DNA of 64,000 nucleotides from Candidatus Obscuribacterales bacterium (lineage in GTDB: Bacteria; Cyanobacteriota; Vampirovibrionia; Obscuribacterales; Obscuribacteraceae), in assembly GCA_965228855.1 (NCBI GenBank), contig CBDDIJ010000003.1, positions 2,944,001-3,008,000 of the forward strand, written 5' to 3'. The notes under the pieces are model-generated. The model did not search any database. It was given only the letters and a program-made list of their open reading frames with translations, and was not told where the DNA came from. Positions 59,719-64,000 of the stretch are shown here, in pieces; the stretch's first letter is position 1; each line of letters opens with the position of its first letter. The position numbers were made by a program, and so were the translations under genes.

Positions 59719-61380
59719 ATGTACAAACCGCAACCAAAAGAAGAACCGTCCGCACAAAGCAATCGCCAGAAACTTCCACCGGAAAGTGGATGCCCATCAA
59801 TGGGCAAAGTGAAATTCATGATCGAGGAGGCGACCAGCCGCCGAGGCTGTCTGGTTGAGCTCCCATGGGCTGTCGGCGACGCCGCCTTCGTACTCACGTG
59901 TCAGTGGGAGAAGACTGTTGAAGAGCCCGTATGGACGCTATACGAGCAGGAAAATGGCGTTGCCTCCAAAGTTGTCTGGACCCAGTCATTCGCGCCGGGC
60001 GATCTCGAATTTATGTACGACATCCTTGTGATGTCAGCACCGAAAAATTCCTCTCTGGCTCACAGCCAGATTCCAGATCTATTGAGACCTGAACACCAGG
60101 AAGAAGAAAACAGTTGGCCGGGACCAGCTCCTGAAACGGCTCCATATTCCGGCTCGACATCAGCTGTCGGAATGCCGGCTATGCCGACTGGGGGCTTGCC
60201 TGGAGCAGGTTTGCCCGGTGCAGGTCTGCCTGGTGGCATGCCCTCTTCGGCAGGATTACCCGGAGCCGGACTTCCAGGAGGAATGCCTGGCGGCGGAATG
60301 CCTGGTGCGGGATTGCCGGGCGGCATACCCGGAGCAGGACTTCCAGGCGGAATGCCTGGCGGTGGAATGCCAGGCGCAGTGCCGGGCGGTCCGGGTGCAT
60401 CCTATCAAAATCTTCCGAATGTGCCGCAGAGCCCATACGGGAATCAGCCACCTCAGTCGATCTCCGGACAGAATCAGCAATATCAGGGGGGCTACCAACA
60501 GCAGATGGGCGGCTATCCTCCGCCCCAGCCACCGATGCCGAACGCCGGCTACGGTGGCTATCCGCCGCAGCCGCCCCAGGGTCAAACCGGGCAGTATCCA
60601 TACGGTCAACAAATGCCGCCGATGCCGGCGCCAGGCTATCCGCCGCAGCCGGGTTACGCCCCGGCACCGATGCCTGCGCCCGCTCCTGCGCCGCAGGAAC
60701 CTATGACCAAGATGATCGATTATCAATTGCTCGACAAGCGCAAAAACTTGTTGCTGGGCACTATGCTGACGGGAGCGGGCTTGATTAGCGAACCTACACT
60801 CGAGGCCGCTCTGAAACTTCAGGATCTTATCAGAGACGAACGCATGTCACCGGAACGCGCTCCGCATGTTCTGAAGCGCCTTCACGCCATGGGCGGTAAC
60901 ATCGATCAGTATCTCACGCCCGATGACACTTCTCTTGAACCGCCGTCTCTGACTGGTACTCCGGCGCCGGCGAGAAAACCTGCACCACCGGCAGGCAAAC
61001 CTGCTGGTGGACCGCCACCCGCTCCCGGAGCCGCTCCAGGTGGAGCGCCGGCAGGAGCAAAACGCAATTTAAAACCGGCGTTCGATTTGTTGCAGACCGC
61101 CGGCATCCTCAGCGAGGAAGACATCAAGGTCGCCCTGGAAGTGAGGAAGAAACATGGCGGCGACCTGGTCGGCATCCTTGAAGCCGCCAGCAAGGTAAGC
61201 AGAAAAACCGTTGATGCAGCCTTCATTTGTTTGCCTCTCATTCGAGAGGGGTTATTAAAGGTCGAGCAATGCATCATCGCGCTTAATTACTGCAGTCGAA
61301 TGCGCGTCGGTTTCGATGAAGCGCTCGACGAAATGGGTTGGCAAAATCCGCGAAAGATGCGTTCAGACCTGCCGCTGTAA
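59719..61380 (+). CDS. MshEN-like motif protein with Pro/Gly/Gln-rich linker (paralogue of 28108-29808)
   Basis: Shared N-domain GC.VELPW...P.WTLYE...VVW...[27 protein letters not shown] (60751-60822); shared C-domain KHGG...IIAL.YC.R.R...D.AL.E.GW. Confidence 0.75.
   Translation: MYKPQPKEEPSAQSNRQKLPPESGCPSMGKVKFMIEEATSRRGCLVELPWAVGDAAFVLTCQWEKTVEEPVWTLYEQENGVASKVVWTQSFAPGDLEFMYDILVMSAPKNSSLAHSQIPDLLRPEHQEEENSWPGPAPETAPYSGSTSAVGMPAMPTGGLPGAGLPGAGLPGGMPSSAGLPGAGLPGGMPGGGMPGAGLPGGIPGAGLPGGMPGGGMPGAVPGGPGASYQNLPNVPQSPYGNQPPQSISGQNQQYQGGYQQQMGGYPPPQPPMPNAGYGGYPPQPPQGQTGQYPYGQQMPPMPAPGYPPQPGYAPAPMPAPAPAPQEPMTKMIDYQLLDKRKNLLLGTMLTGAGLISEPTLEAALKLQDLIRDERMSPERAPHVLKRLHAMGGNIDQYLTPDDTSLEPPSLTGTPAPARKPAPPAGKPAGGPPPAPGAAPGGAPAGAKRNLKPAFDLLQTAGILSEEDIKVALEVRKKHGGDLVGILEAASKVSRKTVDAAFICLPLIREGLLKVEQCIIALNYCSRMRVGFDEALDEMGWQNPRKMRSDLPL
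60193..60390 (+). repeat. Elastin-like [LMIV]PG[AG]G repeats
   Basis: [66 protein letters not shown]. Confidence 0.8.
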
Positions 61381-61549
61381 TACCGCAATCGAAATATTAT
61401 CAGCAGAAACAGCCGCGCAAGCGCGAAAAGCAGCGCGCCAACCTTAATAAGCGCCTGCATTCCCAGTTGACTTCGGCTTCAGTGGGTATATTTTTCGTAG
61501 TCACTATCAAACACTATCTAACCGTTTAAAGAGACACGCAGATCGCTTA

Positions 61550-63628
61550 ATGGCCAAAACCATACTAATCGTCGATAAGGACCAGGGCTTCCGAAAGTTA
61601 ATCGCGCCCACTTTCGAAGGTCGAGGTCATAAAGTTGTGCAGGCTGAGAACGGTCGAGCTGCAAAAGAAAGTCTCGAAGCTGATAAACCCGATCTTGTGA
61701 TCGTAGGTTCGCCTCTGCCGGACACTAGCGGAATTCAATGGGTCGAGGATATCAGAAAAGCCGGTCACGAATTGGAAGTCGTTTTCGTGGCAGGTGACAA
61801 AACCGAGTTGTCCGAAGTGAAGCCGGTTTTGAAGGACTGGAATATCAACTTAAGCGCGAGTAAACCACTAATTCCATTCGTGTTCGGTGCTCAGGTCGAA
61901 TGTCAGTTTGCGACCGAGAAAGGTGCCGATGCACAGAAGCAAAAGCTGAAGGACTTCGAGACGATGTTTCTCGCACTCGTGTCGAAGTATGCACGAGTTT
62001 TGCCTGAGAAACTAAGCCTGCTTGCTCAAGCTATTGAAAAAGCGAAAGCAGAGCCGGAATCGAAAGAGAGTCTCGATGAAGTGCGCGGACAAGCGCATAA
62101 AATCAAAGGTACAGGCGGCTCGCTTGGCTTCAGAAAAGTTGGCGAGCACATGGCTTTCATCGAAAATTCAGCCGTCGCCATGGCCGACAAATCGCAAGAC
62201 GAGCGCGACTTGATGTGGGCAGAGATCGATCGTCGATTGGTCGAAGCACAAATTGATGGCGATGAAGAAGCTCGAGAAGTGATGGAAGTCGTGCAAGGTA
62301 AAGAGGAGATCGCCTCCTCCGGCGACCATCAACCTGCTATGGCACGCATCATGGTCGTGGATGAAGACGAAGGTTTTCTTGAGATTGTGGAAGATCTCGG
62401 CAAAGAGCGCTTGGTAGAAATTATCAAGGCTACCAGCCAATTGGAAGCGTTGGACAAAGCCTCCGCCTATCCGCTTGATGCTGCGTTGATCAACATTCTT
62501 CCAGAAACACCTGATTCCGGTTTTCAACTCGCTAAAGACCTGCGTGCACTGCCAGGCTACGATAACTTGCCGCTGGCATTTATCTCCGGCGATGCTCTTA
62601 CCAAAGACCGCGTAGAAGGCGCACATGCAGGCGCGTCGCTCTATCTGGATAAACCGTTTGAGTCGGACTCTCTCGAAAAAGCAGTTCATCACCTCGTCGC
62701 AATTCGACAAGGTGGACGCCCCAGAGTTCTGGTTTGCGATGATGATGAATTCTTTGGAAACACAGTTGCTCTGGTACTCCGCAACGAAGGAATGATCGTC
62801 AGAACTCTGACGGACCCGAATATCATCCTCGATGTGATGCAAGAATTTCCGCCGGACATGCTGCTTCTCGACGTCATGATGCCGGGAGTTACCGGATTCG
62901 AAGTATGCCGAATGTTGCGATTGATACCACGATGGCAGGATCTTCCAATTATTTTCTTGACCGGACAAACTGGCGTAGAGGCGCGTGTAGAGGCATTCCG
63001 CTGCGGTGGCGACGACTACTTGCCCAAGCCGGTCGTGAATGAAGAGCTATTGACTCGCGTAAAAGTTCGTCTCGATCGTGCCAAGATGTTGCGAGAACGA
63101 TCCGACAAAGACACAATCACAGGACTACTCTTGAGACGAGCGTTTTCAGAACAGTTGTCGGCAATTCTTGCAGAGTCGCAACGCGTAAAAACCAATTTTA
63201 GTATCTGTCTTCTGGACGTAGATCACTTCAAGAAGGTGAACGACACTCACGGTCACCTCGCCGGCGACAACGTTCTCGCTGGTCTTGGTCAGCTACTGTC
63301 GCGTCGTTTTCGTGTCGATGATCTCAGAGGCAGATGGGGCGGAGAAGAATTTATTCTAGCTTTCCGCCGAGAGAAAAAAGAGATTATCCACAAAGCGGTC
63401 ACACGAGCACTCGAAGAGTTTCGCGAAACGCCGTTCTTCAGCGACGAAGGACAAGAGTTCCACTGCAGTTTCAGCGGTGGACTTGCGACTTTCCCTGACG
63501 ACGGCGAATCAATTTTCGATCTCGTTCAAGCATCCGACAAGCGATTATATATCGCGAAAAAACAGGGAAGAAACCGCATCATCTTCGAAGACGACGCAGA
63601 AGTTCCATCAGTCAAAGCGAGCCACTAG
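61550..63628 (+). CDS. Diguanylate cyclase, REC-Hpt-REC-REC-GGDEF architecture
   Basis: Hpt AHKIKGTGGSLGF; intact REC LLDVMMPG; DVDHFKKVNDTHGHLAGD; RVDD I-site five residues before GGEEF. Confidence 0.92.
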   Translation: MAKTILIVDKDQGFRKLIAPTFEGRGHKVVQAENGRAAKESLEADKPDLVIVGSPLPDTSGIQWVEDIRKAGHELEVVFVAGDKTELSEVKPVLKDWNINLSASKPLIPFVFGAQVECQFATEKGADAQKQKLKDFETMFLALVSKYARVLPEKLSLLAQAIEKAKAEPESKESLDEVRGQAHKIKGTGGSLGFRKVGEHMAFIENSAVAMADKSQDERDLMWAEIDRRLVEAQIDGDEEAREVMEVVQGKEEIASSGDHQPAMARIMVVDEDEGFLEIVEDLGKERLVEIIKATSQLEALDKASAYPLDAALINILPETPDSGFQLAKDLRALPGYDNLPLAFISGDALTKDRVEGAHAGASLYLDKPFESDSLEKAVHHLVAIRQGGRPRVLVCDDDEFFGNTVALVLRNEGMIVRTLTDPNIILDVMQEFPPDMLLLDVMMPGVTGFEVCRMLRLIPRWQDLPIIFLTGQTGVEARVEAFRCGGDDYLPKPVVNEELLTRVKVRLDRAKMLRERSDKDTITGLLLRRAFSEQLSAILAESQRVKTNFSICLLDVDHFKKVNDTHGHLAGDNVLAGLGQLLSRRFRVDDLRGRWGGEEFILAFRREKKEIIHKAVTRALEEFRETPFFSDEGQEFHCSFSGGLATFPDDGESIFDLVQASDKRLYIAKKQGRNRIIFEDDAEVPSVKASH

Positions 63629-63645
63629 TCTCAGTTTCAACACAC

Positions 63646-64000
63646 CTATCGCGACTGTCCTTGATGTTCCTGTCGAATGCGATGTACCTCGTCCAGGTTT
63701 TGTTCGTTGAACTCCTGACGTCCGTATGAACCATGGAAAGTTTCAAACTTTCCGGCAACCGGAACCGAGTTCGGAATGAAGATTATCCATTTGCTGCCTG
63801 GCTTCGGCATCATCGCGGGATCCCATTTCCAATCAGCCGGTTTCACATCACTGCTTATCTTGCGACTGAATTCGTATCGAACCGGAAGCACCTTATTTAG
63901 TGGCGGTCCTTTCAAGATCTCGGTTACTTTAAAAACTGCGGTGGGAGGATTATTGAATGTCACTAGCCCTTCATGCTCAAAGCGCTTGAATTCGGCAACA
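63646..64000 (-). CDS. Hypothetical protein (5' end beyond the window)
   Basis: The frame of ORF 63646-63963 stays open to the window edge (VAEFKRFEHEGLVTFNNPP...). Confidence 0.6.
   Translation of the reverse strand, partial: VAEFKRFEHEGLVTFNNPPTAVFKVTEILKGPPLNKVLPVRYEFSRKISSDVKPADWKWDPAMMPKPGSKWIIFIPNSVPVAGKFETFHGSYGRQEFNEQNLDEVHRIRQEHQGQSR

Noticed and set aside
60060..60726. Several overlapping alternative-frame ORFs
   Set aside because: By-products of the GC-rich Pro/Gly repeat linker of 59719-61380.
1..64000. Frequent TAG stops suggesting stop-codon recoding
   Set aside because: Conserved genes such as proC and the diguanylate cyclase end at TAG at the expected lengths, and no recognisable gene is interrupted by TAG.

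Overview
64 kb of bacterial chromosome with about 40 protein-coding genes. I saw no rRNA, tRNA, CRISPR array, integrase or transposase. Housekeeping genes (rpiB, glycerate kinase, pepA, qor, proC, hmgA, an NAD-dependent epimerase) are mixed with many signalling genes: a PAS histidine kinase, a truncated KdpD/KdpE pair, a NarL-type regulator, a stand-alone PAS protein, an XRE regulator and a REC-Hpt-REC-REC-GGDEF diguanylate cyclase. There are also many TPR, LRR, LysM and unknown proteins. The gene content resembles Melainabacteria/Vampirovibrionia (Obscuribacterales-like), but this is only my impression and is untested. The best candidate for an undescribed system lies at 33.4-55.7 kb. Two paralogous giant secreted Gly/Thr/Ser/Asn-rich beta-helix-like proteins (about 4200 and 1720 aa) share a signal peptide plus charged helix, a conserved N-terminal domain, two conserved Asp-Pro motifs bracketing a variable-copy repeat region, and a conserved ~170-aa C-terminal domain. 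Neither has an autotransporter barrel or a TpsB partner in the window, and a TMTC-like GT-C glycosyltransferase lies between them. A second theme is a putative c-di-GMP effector network of three proteins with MshEN-like motifs. Two of these are paralogues with prion-like linkers, and one of those sits beside the cyclase.
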